Shown: positions 25,419 to 38,584, counted from the first letter of the whole stretch. The stretch is 63,981 bases of DNA, filler included, from Lama guanicoe (GCA_013239625.1; 103 parts of 103 records of this genome joined end to end with filler, not necessarily neighbours in it); one strand, 5' to 3'. Made by a program: numbers and translations. The notes: generated by a model from the letters alone, not told the origin.

Positions 25419-25937
25419 GACTGTTTGCTAAGTCTGCGAGTGTATTTCTGTTTTGTAGGTGAGTCATAGTGTCTTTGTTTTTTTAAATTCCACATATGAT
25501 AGATACCATATGGTACTTTTCTTTCCCTCTGGCTTACTACACTTAGAACTTAGAATGCCTATCTCTAGATCCTTCCATGTTGCTGCAAATGGCATCATTT
25601 TATTCTTTTTTATGTCTTAGTAGTATTCCATTGTATAAATATACCACAACTTCTTTATCCGGTCTTCTGTCAATGGACATTTAGGCTGCTTCCATGTCTT
25701 GACTATTGTAAATTGTGTTGCTGTGAACACTGGAGTGCCTGTATCTTTTCAAATTCTTTTCAAATTAGAGTTTCCTCCGGATATATGCCCAGGAGTGGGA
25801 TTGTTGGATCAAAGGGTAAGTCTGTTTTAAGTTTTTAAAGGAAACTCCATACAGTTTTCCATAATGGCTGCACCAAACTACATTCTCACCAACAGTATAA
25901 AAGGGTTCACTTTTCTGCACACCCTCTCCAACATTTA
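25419..25937 (-). mobile_element. L1 ORF2 C-terminus and 3' UTR, 5'-truncated
   Basis: Antisense L1 motifs ccatgttgctgcaaatggc, gtagtattccattgt, ggacatttaggctgcttccatgtcttg, ggatatatgcccaggagtgggattg, catacagttttccataatggctgcacc. Confidence 0.92.
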
Positions 25938-27068
25938 TATGAATGGTGTTTTAAAGTTTCACTTACACTTGTTTGCTGTGACTTTATCAAAATAGAACTG
26001 AAGTGCTTATATTAACCTTATAACCAAATATTAACTAATGGTACCTATAATGCTAGTCATTTATCTTTCAATTCTTCTGTATTTTCTACATATAGAACAA
26101 TGTTGCCCACTTCTGAGTTTATTTTTTCATTTATTATTGCAAGGGGTAGGGCTACTAAGTTACTTTTGAGCTGCACTGGTGACAGCNNNNNNNNNNNNNN
26201 NNNNNNNNNNNNNNNNNNNNNNNNNNNNNNTTAATTAATTAANNNNNNNNNNNNNNNNNNNNNNNNNNNNNNNNNNNNNNNNNNNNAAGGTAGATACAAG
26301 TACTCTGACCCCAAATCATAGTAGACCTGTGTTTTCGTGTCCTTTAGAAATAAGAACAAAGCACATAAATTCTGTTAACTATTATGTGGAAGCACCTAAA
26401 CCCATGAAGGTGAATAAGGATATATAGAGCTTATACTCAAAATCTTTTTTTGGCACCTATGAAAAGCAAGCTGTGGACCAAAGAGCCCTTGTGGACATGA
26501 TGGAGAACCAAGTCTAGGAGAGCAGCTCTAATGAGTATCTCCAAATACTTATGGAATATACAGATGACTTATCATAGAATGAAGACTTCATTCACCAGCA
26601 GCTGTNNNNNNNNNNNNNNNNNNNNNNNNNNNNNNNNNNNNNNNNNNNNTTAATTAATTAANNNNNNNNNNNNNNNNNNNNNNNNNNNNNNNNNNNNNNN
26701 NNNNNGCCCCACACGTGCTCTAGTGGCAAAATGCCAAATTGGTCCCTGGTCCTGTAGATGTACTGGGTGTGTTCATGGGACATATCGATAAACTCAACCG
26801 CGCGCGCCAGTGTGGTTGCTTTCTCATTGGGGTCACAGGTCGGTTTGCTCTCTTGATAGGACCCACCACACCCCATAACGCACTCGAAATCCCTGAGACT
26901 CATCGTGTGCCGTCATCCATAGCCCTATCTCTCACTGACCGCTGCCTCAGCTACCTCAAATTTGGCAGNNNNNNNNNNNNNNNNNNNNNNNNNNNNNNNN
27001 NNNNNNNNNNNNTTAATTAATTAANNNNNNNNNNNNNNNNNNNNNNNNNNNNNNNNNNNNNNNNNNNN

Positions 27069-27338
27069 AAACCCTCAGGGGAGACGAGCATAGGCATTCC
27101 GCTAGAACCCACGCGCTCCCTACCGTTGGTGGAAACTCCCCACGCTCAGCATTCCGGAACCAATGTCAGTGCGTGGGGGAGCTCGAGAGACAACTCCACG
27201 CAGCTCTCTTCGGTCACAGGTGTTCCCTGTTCGGGGAAGTCTGAGAAATAACTTCCCTGGATTTGCGGAGGCAGCCTCTGTCACTGGGACTTCCTGCAAA
27301 GCCCCCCTAGCTTTCCCTGGCACAGAGACATTAGGAAA
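27069..27338 (+). repeat. Satellite family A, one monomer
   Basis: Full ~268-bp monomer from aaaccctcagggg to cattaggaaa. Confidence 0.95.
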
Positions 27339-27438
27339 NNNNNNNNNNNNNNNNNNNNNNNNNNNNNNNNNNNNNNNNNNNNTTAATTAATTAANNNNNN
27401 NNNNNNNNNNNNNNNNNNNNNNNNNNNNNNNNNNNNNN

Positions 27439-27869
27439 GTATATTCGAAATTCTGTGTTCTATATTCTATATTCTGTATTCAATATTATGCATTCCATAT
27501 CTATTATTCCATATTCTGTGTTCTACATTCTATATTCTAAATTTTTATTCATTATTCTGTTATCTATATTCAAAATTCTGTGTTCTGCATTCCATGTTCT
27601 AAATTCTGGGTTCTATATTCTCTATTCTATATTCTATTTACAGTGTTCTACATTCTATATTCTAAATTTTTATTCATTATTCTGTTATCTATATTCAAAA
27701 TTCTGTGTTCTGCATTCCATGTTCTAAATTCTGGGTTCTATATTCTCTATTCTATATTCTATTTACAGTGTTCTACATTCTATATTCTAAATTTTTATTC
27801 ATTATTCTGTTATCTATATTCAAAATTCTGTGTTCTGCATTCCATGTTCTAAATTTTGGTTTCTGTATT
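27439..27869 (-). repeat. Satellite family C with a near-perfect 125-bp higher-order repeat
   Basis: aattctgtgttct recurs at 125-bp spacing (ORF-track starts 27455, 27580, 27705 reflect it). Confidence 0.96.
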
Positions 27870-27969
27870 NNNNNNNNNNNNNNNNNNNNNNNNNNNNNNN
27901 NNNNNNNNNNNNNTTAATTAATTAANNNNNNNNNNNNNNNNNNNNNNNNNNNNNNNNNNNNNNNNNNNN

Positions 27970-28687
27970 AACAGGATCAAATACCTCATAAAATTACAGT
28001 TTAAATACTACTGATAAGTATACATGCAAAAATCATCAAAAATTTTAGCAAAGTAAACAATACATTAAAAGGAGTGTGCAGTATGATTAAGTCCCTTTTA
28101 TCCCAGGCATACAAAAGTGATTCATTACCCACAAATTAATCAATATGATACACCAAACTAACAAATTGAAAAATAAAAATTATATGGTCACCTCAAAAGG
28201 GTTATAAAATGTTTTGACAAATTCAGTATCTATTTACGATTATATTTCTCCTCAAAATGGGTATGAGGAAACATACCTCAACACATTTAAAGTCGCATAT
28301 GACAAGAACTCATCTAACATGACACTCACTGATTTAAAGCTGAAATCATCTGCTGTAAGAGAAGGAAGAAGGCAAGAATGATCACTCTTACCACTGATAT
28401 TCAGTATCGTATTGGAAATTCTAGCCATAGCTATCCAAAATAAAAGTAAATTAAATATAGCTATTTCAGAAAAGGAATAAAGAATGTGTTTGCAGATGAA
28501 ATACTTTAAACTGAAATCCTAAAGGATACGCCACAACACTACAAGGGCTATTCAAAGCATTTGGTAAAATTTCAGAATGTAAAATTAACATACATAAATC
28601 TTGCATTTCTACACACCAACAACAAGCTAACAGATAGGGAAAGTGAGGGAACTGTCTCATTTACAGTTGAATTATAAAAAAAAATCA
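27970..28687 (+). mobile_element. L1 ORF2 reverse-transcriptase region, degenerate
   Basis: atgcaaaaatc, tttatcccaggcat, tttgacaaattcagtatc, acatacctcaaca, tttgcagatga (FADD-like), aaaattaacatacataaatc; multiple stops and frameshifts. Confidence 0.88.
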
Positions 28688-29239
28688 NNNNNNNNNNNNN
28701 NNNNNNNNNNNNNNNNNNNNNNNNNNNNNNNTTAATTAATTAANNNNNNNNNNNNNNNNNNNNNNNNNNNNNNNNNNNNNNNNNNNNCCCCCTAGCCCGT
28801 GGGGGTCGTGCGTGGCCCTGGTGGCTGCTCCATGGGCCACTATTCAGGAGGTGAGCTGGCACAGCTGGGGTTCTAGAGGAGAATGCCCTGTCCACTGGCC
28901 CTGGGCTTCTGGGGGGAGCTTCAAGCTTGGGGCTCGGGGATGTGAGCGTGGCCATATCACCTCCTGCCAGAGCTGCCACACTGAGAGGCTGATGAGACCA
29001 GCGGGCTGCTGGAGATGGTAGCAGCAGAGAATGGCAGCCTGCCATGTCCTGCCAGAGGTGAGGCTGGGCCCCGGGCAGGCTGGGTGGGGCAGGAGACCCA
29101 CCCACAATCCAGCAACTTGGGTCACTCACTGGCGGCAGTGCATATAGGTGTGAGGGTTCCTCACTCTTATCCAGGGCCACACCAGGTACTTCCCATCAAT
29201 AACCCTATAGGATGGGTATTAGTATAAACATTGGTGTTT

Positions 29240-29350
29240 TTTTCATTAGGGGCAATTTAAGCCCAGAGGGGTTAAGCAGCTTGCCCGAGGTCACACAGCC
29301 AGAAGGTGACTCACAAAGGATGGTGTGCTTTGACCTCAGCCCTGAGTGTC
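29240..29350 (-). mobile_element. MIR SINE core
   Basis: gcccagaggggttaagcagcttgcccgaggtcacacagc matches the antisense MIR core. Confidence 0.75.
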
Positions 29351-29744
29351 CATTAAGCCCTGGGCCCCTCTGAGCCTGGAGAGGGGGCAGAGGAAGGCCC
29401 AAGTGTCCTAGGATCAATGCCTGGTGGCCCCGGCCTGTCCACAATCCCCAGACTTTCTCACAGAGGATGATTCACATGGTCCTGGGCAAACCAGNNNNNN
29501 NNNNNNNNNNNNNNNNNNNNNNNNNNNNNNNNNNNNNNTTAATTAATTAANNNNNNNNNNNNNNNNNNNNNNNNNNNNNNNNNNNNNNNNNNNNGTACTG
29601 AGTGGAAAGTAGACTTAGAGGTGGTGGATGGAATCTGCTGGGAAAAAAAGGTAGAAAACTAGTGCTAAAGTTTAAACAGAGGGTGTGGGGGTCGCAGCCT
29701 GCAGTGGCATTTGCAAGAGAAATAGCTAGATGGGGGAGAATTTT

Positions 29745-29850
29745 GAAGGATTTGCTGAATAATTGGACATAGCTCATAGAAGAAAGATAGGTGTCAAGGA
29801 TGACTCCAAAGCTTTTTATCTGAACAACTAAAACAACTCAGTGTCATTTG
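29745..29850 (-). mobile_element. L2 fragment
   Basis: gatttgctgaataattgga...gtcaaggatgactccaaagctttt is a typical antisense L2 motif. Confidence 0.65.
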
Positions 29851-31334
29851 TTCCGTCAGGCATAACCAAAGGAAACTCAATCCAAGGGCATTCCACTTAA
29901 ATAGGAGCGAAGGGGCCAGGTCACAACCACTGAAGGAATGACACAGCNNNNNNNNNNNNNNNNNNNNNNNNNNNNNNNNNNNNNNNNNNNNTTAATTAAT
30001 TAANNNNNNNNNNNNNNNNNNNNNNNNNNNNNNNNNNNNNNNNNNNNGAAAGGTTATTGCTATTTCTAGGTGAACTGGAATAAGTCAGTAGTTCAGTCTC
30101 TATAAATATGTCACAGGGTGTTCAAAACCAAAATAAGTTATGTCAACAATTAGAATTAAAAAAAATTAGACATAAGCTTAAATTAAAAAGAAGACACAGT
30201 CTGTGCTGGGCTCTGTGAACTGGAGAATATATATGTCTCAGTCCAATTCAAGGGTTCATTGGCTTGACCTTAGCATCTGCTCTGGATTCAATGACAAGTT
30301 AACAATTAGTATACTGGGAGAAATATAATCTACCTCTCCCTGATCGGAAGAAAACCTGGTGGCTCAGTGAAACTCTTAATTCACAGAGATTCTGCCAGAT
30401 GCAGAGGAATAATTCACTGATAACTTAAAAAAACTTAGTTACTTCTTAACAAAACATCTTCACACACACACAAAATGGTAGATAGATTTGTAGTTATTAG
30501 TGGGAAGTATTCAGTGGGCACAGCACAGAGAATAGTTTTCACAGCATCACCCAAATTTTGTACATTTGCCAATGGTCTAGATTTTCCCAGGTAGAAAACT
30601 ACAGATGGACAAANNNNNNNNNNNNNNNNNNNNNNNNNNNNNNNNNNNNNNNNNNNNTTAATTAATTAANNNNNNNNNNNNNNNNNNNNNNNNNNNNNNN
30701 NNNNNNNNNNNNNTGAATGGATTGCCTAAAAACGTTTGGAATAGTGGCTAATTTAGGGATAGTTTGCTACAGATCTCCCCGCCTCATCTTCATGCTTTGA
30801 CTTGATTAAACATTACTCACCACAACCTTCTCTTTAAGAAAGCTATTTACTTTTTTAGTGTTGCACATAAATCAATGGAATGAAAGAATTTATGTTAATA
30901 ATGATTCCCTAATTCTCCCACCTGAGGTCAAGAGTAGGCTATTTTCAAGATGCCTCCTATTCTTCCCAAGAGTGGATATATAATGGGTAAGGGTGAGATG
31001 ATTCTTCTTGGTTGAATTGTAATTGTTACTTGTGCACTAACTGGCTTGTTCTCACAGGGAAATCATCAGATTAAATCAGGTTGAATACATTTTGTAGTAA
31101 AATTGCAGCCCAGCTCCGCAACCCGCTTATTTCCCTCCCTGCGATCGCTAGCTCCTGTCCAGTAAGAGAGGCGACTCTTGGTTGGCTTATTTCCCGTAAG
31201 ACTGACAATGGCGTGAGAGGGAAGATGGAGAGAGNNNNNNNNNNNNNNNNNNNNNNNNNNNNNNNNNNNNNNNNNNNNTTAATTAATTAANNNNNNNNNN
31301 NNNNNNNNNNNNNNNNNNNNNNNNNNNNNNNNNN

Positions 31335-31857
31335 AAGAACACAGAATATAGAATATATAAAAGAGAATATAGAACCCAGAATTAAGAAATGGAATGCAGA
31401 GGATAGAATTTACAATATAGAATACAAAATAGTGAATACAGAATTTAGAATATGAAAGAGGAACACAGAATATAGAATATATAAAAGAGAATATAGAACC
31501 CAGAATTTAGAACATGGAATGCAGAACACAGAACTTAGAATAAGAATACAGAACGCTGAATATAGGATTTAGACTATATAATATAGAACACAGGATATAG
31601 AATATAAAATAGAGGATATAAAAACCAGAATTTAGAACATGGAATGCAGAACACAGAACTTAGAATAAGAATACAGAACGCTGAATATAGGATTTAGACT
31701 ATATAATATAGAACACAGGATATAGAATATAAAATAGAGGATATAAAAACCAGAATTTAGAACATGGAGTGGAGAACACAGAATTTAGAAAGTAGAATAT
31801 GGAATACGGAATATAGAATTTAGAGTATAGAATATAGAACACAAAATATAGAATACA
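31335..31857 (+). repeat. Satellite family C with 125-bp periodicity
   Basis: cagaatttagaacatgga at 31501, 31626 and 31751. Confidence 0.95.
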
Positions 31858-31957
31858 NNNNNNNNNNNNNNNNNNNNNNNNNNNNNNNNNNNNNNNNNNN
31901 NTTAATTAATTAANNNNNNNNNNNNNNNNNNNNNNNNNNNNNNNNNNNNNNNNNNNN

Positions 31958-32381
31958 CAGCGCCTGGGTTCTAGTGGAATCCCTTAGCTTGTCTTCCCTG
32001 ATGGAATGCCTAAGCTGGAGAGTGTGGGAAAGTGGGGGTTGGGCTCTAAACCAAGTGTTAGCGAGAGCCTATCCATGGGATGTGTGGTTTTAACCTACAA
32101 CCCATAACCATGGAATAAATGTGCCCCATGAAAAATGCTTTGACTGTTTCCCTACATCCAGCACACACGCGAAGAAGTGTTCTGGTATTCTGAGTGTGGG
32201 GAGGTTCCTCAAAGTGACAGCAGCAATTGGGTTCTATTAGTATCCCTTAGCTTCTGTTCCCTTAGTGATCCTTTAGACCAGGACATGAGGGAAAGTTGTG
32301 GGTTGGGCTTGGAGGCCAAGTAGCAGTGAGTACCCCCTGATCCAATGAGGAATTACTTAGAGGACTTCTCCCTAAACGGAA
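31958..32381 (-). repeat. Highly diverged family-A-related satellite (A'), ~263-bp period
   Basis: gttctggtattctgagtgtggggaggttcc...cagc..tgggttcta...cttagct aligns to the family A reverse strand (gttccggaatcctgagcgtggggaggttcc...cagcgcgtgggttctaacggaatgcctaagct). cagc..tgggttcta occurs at 31958 and 32221. Confidence 0.8.
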
Positions 32382-33738
32382 NNNNNNNNNNNNNNNNNNN
32401 NNNNNNNNNNNNNNNNNNNNNNNNNTTAATTAATTAANNNNNNNNNNNNNNNNNNNNNNNNNNNNNNNNNNNNNNNNNNNNTTGTTTTCCTGCCCTTTGA
32501 AGGCTTCCAGAATTTTCTCTTTATTCTTGACGTTTAGTATAAATGATCAAATTATGAAATCTTTTAAATTTTTCTTGCTCAGCAATGTGTATGCTTTTTC
32601 AAATTTGGGGGTCGTATTTTCTTAAATACTGATCTTTTTTTTTCTATTACTGCTAAGGGTACTCCAACCCCTTCCTCTTCATTGTTTCTGAGACTCCTTC
32701 TTTATACTTCATATCTCTTAACAGTTTTAACACACAAATTTATCACTTTGTTATTTTTCAGTGATATCAGGGAGACTTCCTCAGATGAGAAATGAGTCAT
32801 TCCATTAATAATTGATCCTTGAAGAAGTTCCTTAGTGACTTGAGAAAATAGCAGTTCAGCATAGATTTCTGCTTCTACTCTCTAAAAAAAAACCTGGGGA
32901 AAGTACAGAAGCAGGAAAACAGCATATAGATTTGCGAACGTAATGTGAGGAACCACCAGAAACCCTTTCAGAGAACTCAGGCTTCTCTATGTGAGTGCGT
33001 GCACATGCACGTGTTCATGGGTGTGAGCGTGTGTGTTTGTGCATGAATNNNNNNNNNNNNNNNNNNNNNNNNNNNNNNNNNNNNNNNNNNNNTTAATTAA
33101 TTAANNNNNNNNNNNNNNNNNNNNNNNNNNNNNNNNNNNNNNNNNNNNCCACCCTGACACATCAAAGCCCCATGTGGGATCTTCCTTTTGAGCAGCAACA
33201 GGCTAACCGGCTGTGTTCACCTGTAAATAGGGTTGAAGTCACTTAGACCCTTGGCTTGGGATCACCGTGGCCACAGGTTTGGGGGTCACTGCAGCTCCTA
33301 CGAGAATGACGGGGTCAGCCTGCTGCTGAAGCCGATACCCAGGCCGCAGCCCGGAGCGCTGCAGGCAGGTCTGAGGTCCGGCCGGGGGCGCGCAGCTACA
33401 CAGCCCCTCGGAGACCTGCGGTGCGGGTGGTGCTGGGACCGCACTCGTCCATCACCCTTCCTGGCACCCAGACTCGGGAGACTCCTGGGGGAATTTTTCT
33501 CTGCCTCATACTTCCTGTCTCAGCCTCTTGTGAAATCCGGTCCATGCCCCCAGGGAAGCAGGGCTTTTACCCCCTGGACCCAAATCCATCATGGTGTGGA
33601 TCCAGGATGAAACTTCCATGTTAACTCACCTGGCGCTCNNNNNNNNNNNNNNNNNNNNNNNNNNNNNNNNNNNNNNNNNNNNTTAATTAATTAANNNNNN
33701 NNNNNNNNNNNNNNNNNNNNNNNNNNNNNNNNNNNNNN

Positions 33739-34530
33739 TGGGTTTTTTCCTAATGTCTCTGTGCCGGGGAATGCTACGGGGGTTTGCAGGCAATCCCAGT
33801 GACAGAGGCTGCCACCCCAAGTTCAGGGGAGGTATTTCTCGGTCTTTCCCGTTCAGGAAACACCTGTGACTGAAGAGAGCTGCATGGAGTTGTCTCACAA
33901 GCTCCCCCACGCACTGACAGTGGTTCAGGAATCCTGAGCGTGGGGAGGTTCCACCAACGGTCGGCAGCGCGTTGGTTCAAACGGAATGCCTAAGCTCGAC
34001 TCCCCGGGGTTTTTTCCTAATATCCCTGTGCCAGGGAATGCTAATGGTGTTTGCAGGCAATCCCAGTGACAGAGGCTGCCTCACCAATTCAGGTAAGGTA
34101 TTTCTCAGAATTCCACCAAACAGGGAACTCCTGTCACTGAAGAGAGCTGCGTGGAGTTCTCTCTAGAGCTCCGCACGCACTGACAATTGTTCCGGAATCC
34201 TGAGCGTGGGGAGGTTCCACCAACGGTCGGCAGAGCGTGGGTTCTAACGGAATGCCTAAGCTCGTCTCCCCTGGGTTTTTTCCTAATGTCTCTGTGCCAG
34301 GGAATGCTAGGGGTGTTTGCAGGCAATCCCAGTGACAGAGGCTGCCTCACCAATTCAGGTAAGGTATTTCTCAGAATTCCACCTAACAGGGAACTCCTGT
34401 CACTGAAGAGAGCTGTGTGGAGTTGTCTCTCGAGCTCCCCAAGCACTGACAATTGTTCTGGAATCCTGAGTGTGGGGAGGCCCCACCAACGGTCGGCAGA
34501 GCGTGGGTTCTAACGGAATGCCTAAGCTCG
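33739..34530 (-). repeat. Satellite family A, ~3 monomers (reverse)
   Basis: Reverse complement of the family A monomer in tandem. Confidence 0.97.
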
Positions 34531-35344
34531 NNNNNNNNNNNNNNNNNNNNNNNNNNNNNNNNNNNNNNNNNNNNTTAATTAATTAANNNNNNNNNNNNNN
34601 NNNNNNNNNNNNNNNNNNNNNNNNNNNNNNTTTGTTTATATCTTTATTGATAAAATAAGTTTTTCTGAATGAATGAATCAGTGTGCATGTTTTAAAGTAT
34701 AAATTACTTTTCATTTTTCTTATTGTAACAGTTATATTCATTGTAGAGAATTTAGAAAATAAAGATAAACATAGCAATCTCTTCACAATGGCCTCTAATC
34801 TCACCTAGAGTTACAGTTGTAAGGTTTGAAATTGAGAATTACAAGTCCTCTCACNNNNNNNNNNNNNNNNNNNNNNNNNNNNNNNNNNNNNNNNNNNNTT
34901 AATTAATTAANNNNNNNNNNNNNNNNNNNNNNNNNNNNNNNNNNNNNNNNNNNNGTGCACACCCAGTACTGCCCAGGGCGCGCGGGCACCTTACAGTCCG
35001 CTGCGTCTCAGAAACCTGCTTCGTGTTAAGGCAGAAGCAGACGCGCTGTGCGCTGCCAGCCAGGGGCTGTGACCGCTCCCACTCCCTGTGCTTTGTGCTG
35101 ACTCTGCTGCTTCTACGCCTTCACCCAAGGCCAGGTTACCCCTGCTTCCCTCCTAGAACGCTGCAATCACCTCAGGACTTCTTTCTCCGCCGCTCCACCT
35201 CCTGGGACCTTGGGCTACACCGCAACCGTGGTTACTAGATAGTTTTTAAAATTCAGATCTCTGTTACCCCCTTGCTTAAAATCCAACTCCTGCTTCTCCC
35301 AGCTCCATGGTTAAAGGCCACAGTCCTCTGGCTTCATCGTGTTT

Positions 35345-35535
35345 CATTTTATTACCCTTCTTTCCACATGAATTTTAGAATCAGCTTGTCAATGTGAAAA
35401 AATAAAGTCTGCTAGTGTCCTAGAAATTATATGTAGATTATGTTGAATCTGTAGATTAATCTGGAGAGAACTGACTTCTTAACCACATGGAATTTTTAAC
35501 CCCGAACAAAGTTTATTTCTCCACTTATATAGGTC
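35345..35535 (-). mobile_element. Old L1 ORF2 fragment
   Basis: ttccacatgaattttagaatcagcttgtcaa...ttgaatctgtagattaatctggagagaactgac is a classic antisense L1 motif. Confidence 0.8.
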
Positions 35536-35801
35536 NNNNNNNNNNNNNNNNNNNNNNNNNNNNNNNNNNNNNNNNNNNNTTAATTAATTAANNNNNNNNN
35601 NNNNNNNNNNNNNNNNNNNNNNNNNNNNNNNNNNNTAGATATGTAGTGACAAATTTTTTGTGGACCATTTTTCCCTTCAGGCATTTACCGGGTGCAAATA
35701 TGGGGTTGCCATATTTGTCAGGTTTAATTGTGTTTCTCAACATAATTGGATGATTAAACATTCTCATCTTTCATAGAAGAGTACATGATTCTCAATAGCA
35801 G

Positions 35802-35887
35802 AAAACTTTTGCAGTGTTCTCGTATCTATAATGTCTCTAAGTGCAAAACTTTTGCAGTGTTCTCGTATCTATAATGTCTCTAAGTGC
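35802..35887. repeat. Exact 43-bp tandem duplication
   Basis: aaaacttttgcagtgttctcgtatctataatgtctctaagtgc at 35802 and 35845. Confidence 0.95.
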
Positions 35888-35991
35888 TATTNNNNNNNNN
35901 NNNNNNNNNNNNNNNNNNNNNNNNNNNNNNNNNNNTTAATTAATTAANNNNNNNNNNNNNNNNNNNNNNNNNNNNNNNNNNNNNNNNNNNN

Positions 35992-36057
35992 CACAGAATA
36001 TAGAATATAGTATATGGAATGCCGAATATAGAATGTGGAAAATAGCTTGAAGAACAC

Positions 36058-36088
<31 letters not shown>

Positions 36089-36445
36089 AGCCAGAATTTA
36101 GAACATGGAATGCAGGACACAGAATTTAGACTATAGAATACAGAATACTGAGTTTAGAATTTTGAATATAGAATGTAAAACTGAGAATTCAGAATATAGA
36201 ATACAGAATACTGAATATAGAATTTAGAATACAGAATATAGAACACAGAACATAGAATATAGAAAATGAATGCAGAATATAGAATGTTGAATATAGAATG
36301 TTGAACACAAAATAAAGAACATAAAAAAGAGAATATAGAACTTAGAATTTAATAATGAAATGCCGAACACAGAATTTAGAATATAGAATACAGAACAGTG
36401 AATATAGGATTTAAAATATATAATGAAGAACACAGAATATAGAAT
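35992..36445 (+). repeat. Satellite family C
   Basis: AGAATAT-type heptamer array. Confidence 0.95.
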
Positions 36446-36545
36446 NNNNNNNNNNNNNNNNNNNNNNNNNNNNNNNNNNNNNNNNNNNNTTAATTAATTA
36501 ANNNNNNNNNNNNNNNNNNNNNNNNNNNNNNNNNNNNNNNNNNNN

Positions 36546-37091
36546 AACCTCCCCACGCTCAGGATTCCGGAAAGATTGTCAGAGCGTGGGGAGCACGAGA
36601 GTCAACTCCACGAAGCTCTCTTCAGTCACAGGTGTTCCCTGTTATGGAGAATTCTGAGAAATACCTTCCCTGACTTTGGGGACGCAGCCTCTGTCACTGG
36701 GAATTCTTGCAAACCCCCCTTGCAGTCCCTGGCACAGAGAAATTAGGAAAAAAAAACAGGGGAGACGAGATTATTCATTCCGTTAGAACGCACGCGCTGC
36801 CGACCGTTGGTGGAACCTCCCCACGCTCAGGATTCCGGAAAGATTGTCAGAGCGTGGGGAGCACGAGAGTCAACTCCACGAAGCTCTCTTCAGTCACAGG
36901 TGTTCCCTGTTACGGGGAATTGTGAGAAATACCTTCCCTGACTTTGGGGACGCAGCCTCTGTCACTGGGAATTCTTGCAAACCCCCCTTGCAGTCCCTGG
37001 CACAGAGAAATTAGGAAAAAAAAACAGGGGAGACGAGATTATTCATTCCGTTAGAACGCACGCGCTGCCGACCGTTGGTGGAACCTCCCCA
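36546..37091 (+). repeat. Satellite family A, two near-identical 268-bp monomers
   Basis: aacctcccca at 36546, 36814 and 37082. Confidence 0.97.
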
Positions 37092-37677
37092 NNNNNNNNN
37101 NNNNNNNNNNNNNNNNNNNNNNNNNNNNNNNNNNNTTAATTAATTAANNNNNNNNNNNNNNNNNNNNNNNNNNNNNNNNNNNNNNNNNNNNGTTAACGTG
37201 AACAGCAAAAGGCCATGTGTGTCTTTGTTTGGATAGACTCGCTTCTTTGCACCAGACACACAGGGTGGGGATGCGCACAAGTGACCCCAGCACGTTCCCA
37301 CTCTCTCCTTGCAGGTCCTGTGAGGCATCGACCTCCTCTCTTTTGTCTTCTGTGGACCCAGGGCCCAGCTCAGGACCTCCATCGGCACTCCCTGTGACCC
37401 TGCCCTTGTGACATATATACAAGTATATAATTCTGTGCCCAGCCCCCATCTGTGTCTACCTCTGACCCTTTTTCTCTCCCTTCAAACATCTCTAAGTATC
37501 TATTTAATTAAAACACTTTAACAGTAAATGTAATGTTGTAGGTATATTTAAATTATGTTGTCTTCAGTGTGTGTGTGNNNNNNNNNNNNNNNNNNNNNNN
37601 NNNNNNNNNNNNNNNNNNNNNTTAATTAATTAANNNNNNNNNNNNNNNNNNNNNNNNNNNNNNNNNNNNNNNNNNNN

Positions 37678-38082
37678 TTCATAGAATTAATTTGGAAGTT
37701 TCCCACACCTTCACAATTTTTGAATACTCTGAAGAGTATAAGTTATGCTTTGTTTTTTTGTAGAGTTCTCCACGGGAGTTGTTTATATCTACACTTCTAA
37801 TCAACAATTTTTTTAAATGCAGATTCTATCTTTCTTCTAGTAAACAGTTTGCTCAAATTGTTTCTCCTTATCTCAGTCTCTTTCTAGACATTTGTCTATT
37901 TCTTCTAATTTTTCCATTTTATTGGCATATATGTGTTGACAAAATGAACACTTTTTTGTACATCTTAAGTAACAATTGTTATTTCTCCTCTATTATTTCT
38001 GACTTTATTTCTTTGGAGCATGTCTCTTTCCTACATGATGGACCTGGTTAGAGGTTTTCTGATTTTGCTTATCTTAAAAAGA
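37678..38082 (-). mobile_element. Very old L1 ORF2 fragment
   Basis: T-rich antisense L1-like sequence (ttcatagaattaatttggaag..., ggttagaggttttctgattttgcttatc). Confidence 0.5.
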
Positions 38083-38584
38083 NNNNNNNNNNNNNNNNNN
38101 NNNNNNNNNNNNNNNNNNNNNNNNNNTTAATTAATTAANNNNNNNNNNNNNNNNNNNNNNNNNNNNNNNNNNNNNNNNNNNNTAATTCAAAGTGATTTTA
38201 TATTAGCAAGTTTGGGGAGGGGAGTCTGCGTGAGAAAGCTCAAGTCTCCCCTTGCAAAATAGGAAATCAAAACTAACGTGTAACTCAAAGCCTAGAAAGA
38301 ATAACTTGGTAGGTCGTGAAACACTGAACGACCTTGCCAAGAAAGTCCGTGTGATTTCCACCCTGGTGTGAGCTTTAGCCTTTGACTCCTGTGAGCGGAT
38401 TCTGCCTCTGAGGGAGGTGGGCTGGCTTTACTGCAGGATGTCCCCGAAGGAGCTCTGCAGACTTTGAGGGCGGGCTTGTGATAGCCGGCCCTTGCTAGGA
38501 GAACTGCTGGGTTACCCAGACGGCAGCAGTGCATTTTTACCTAACACGCCCTGATCTCTGCAAGTACGTTTTCTCCTATTTGCG

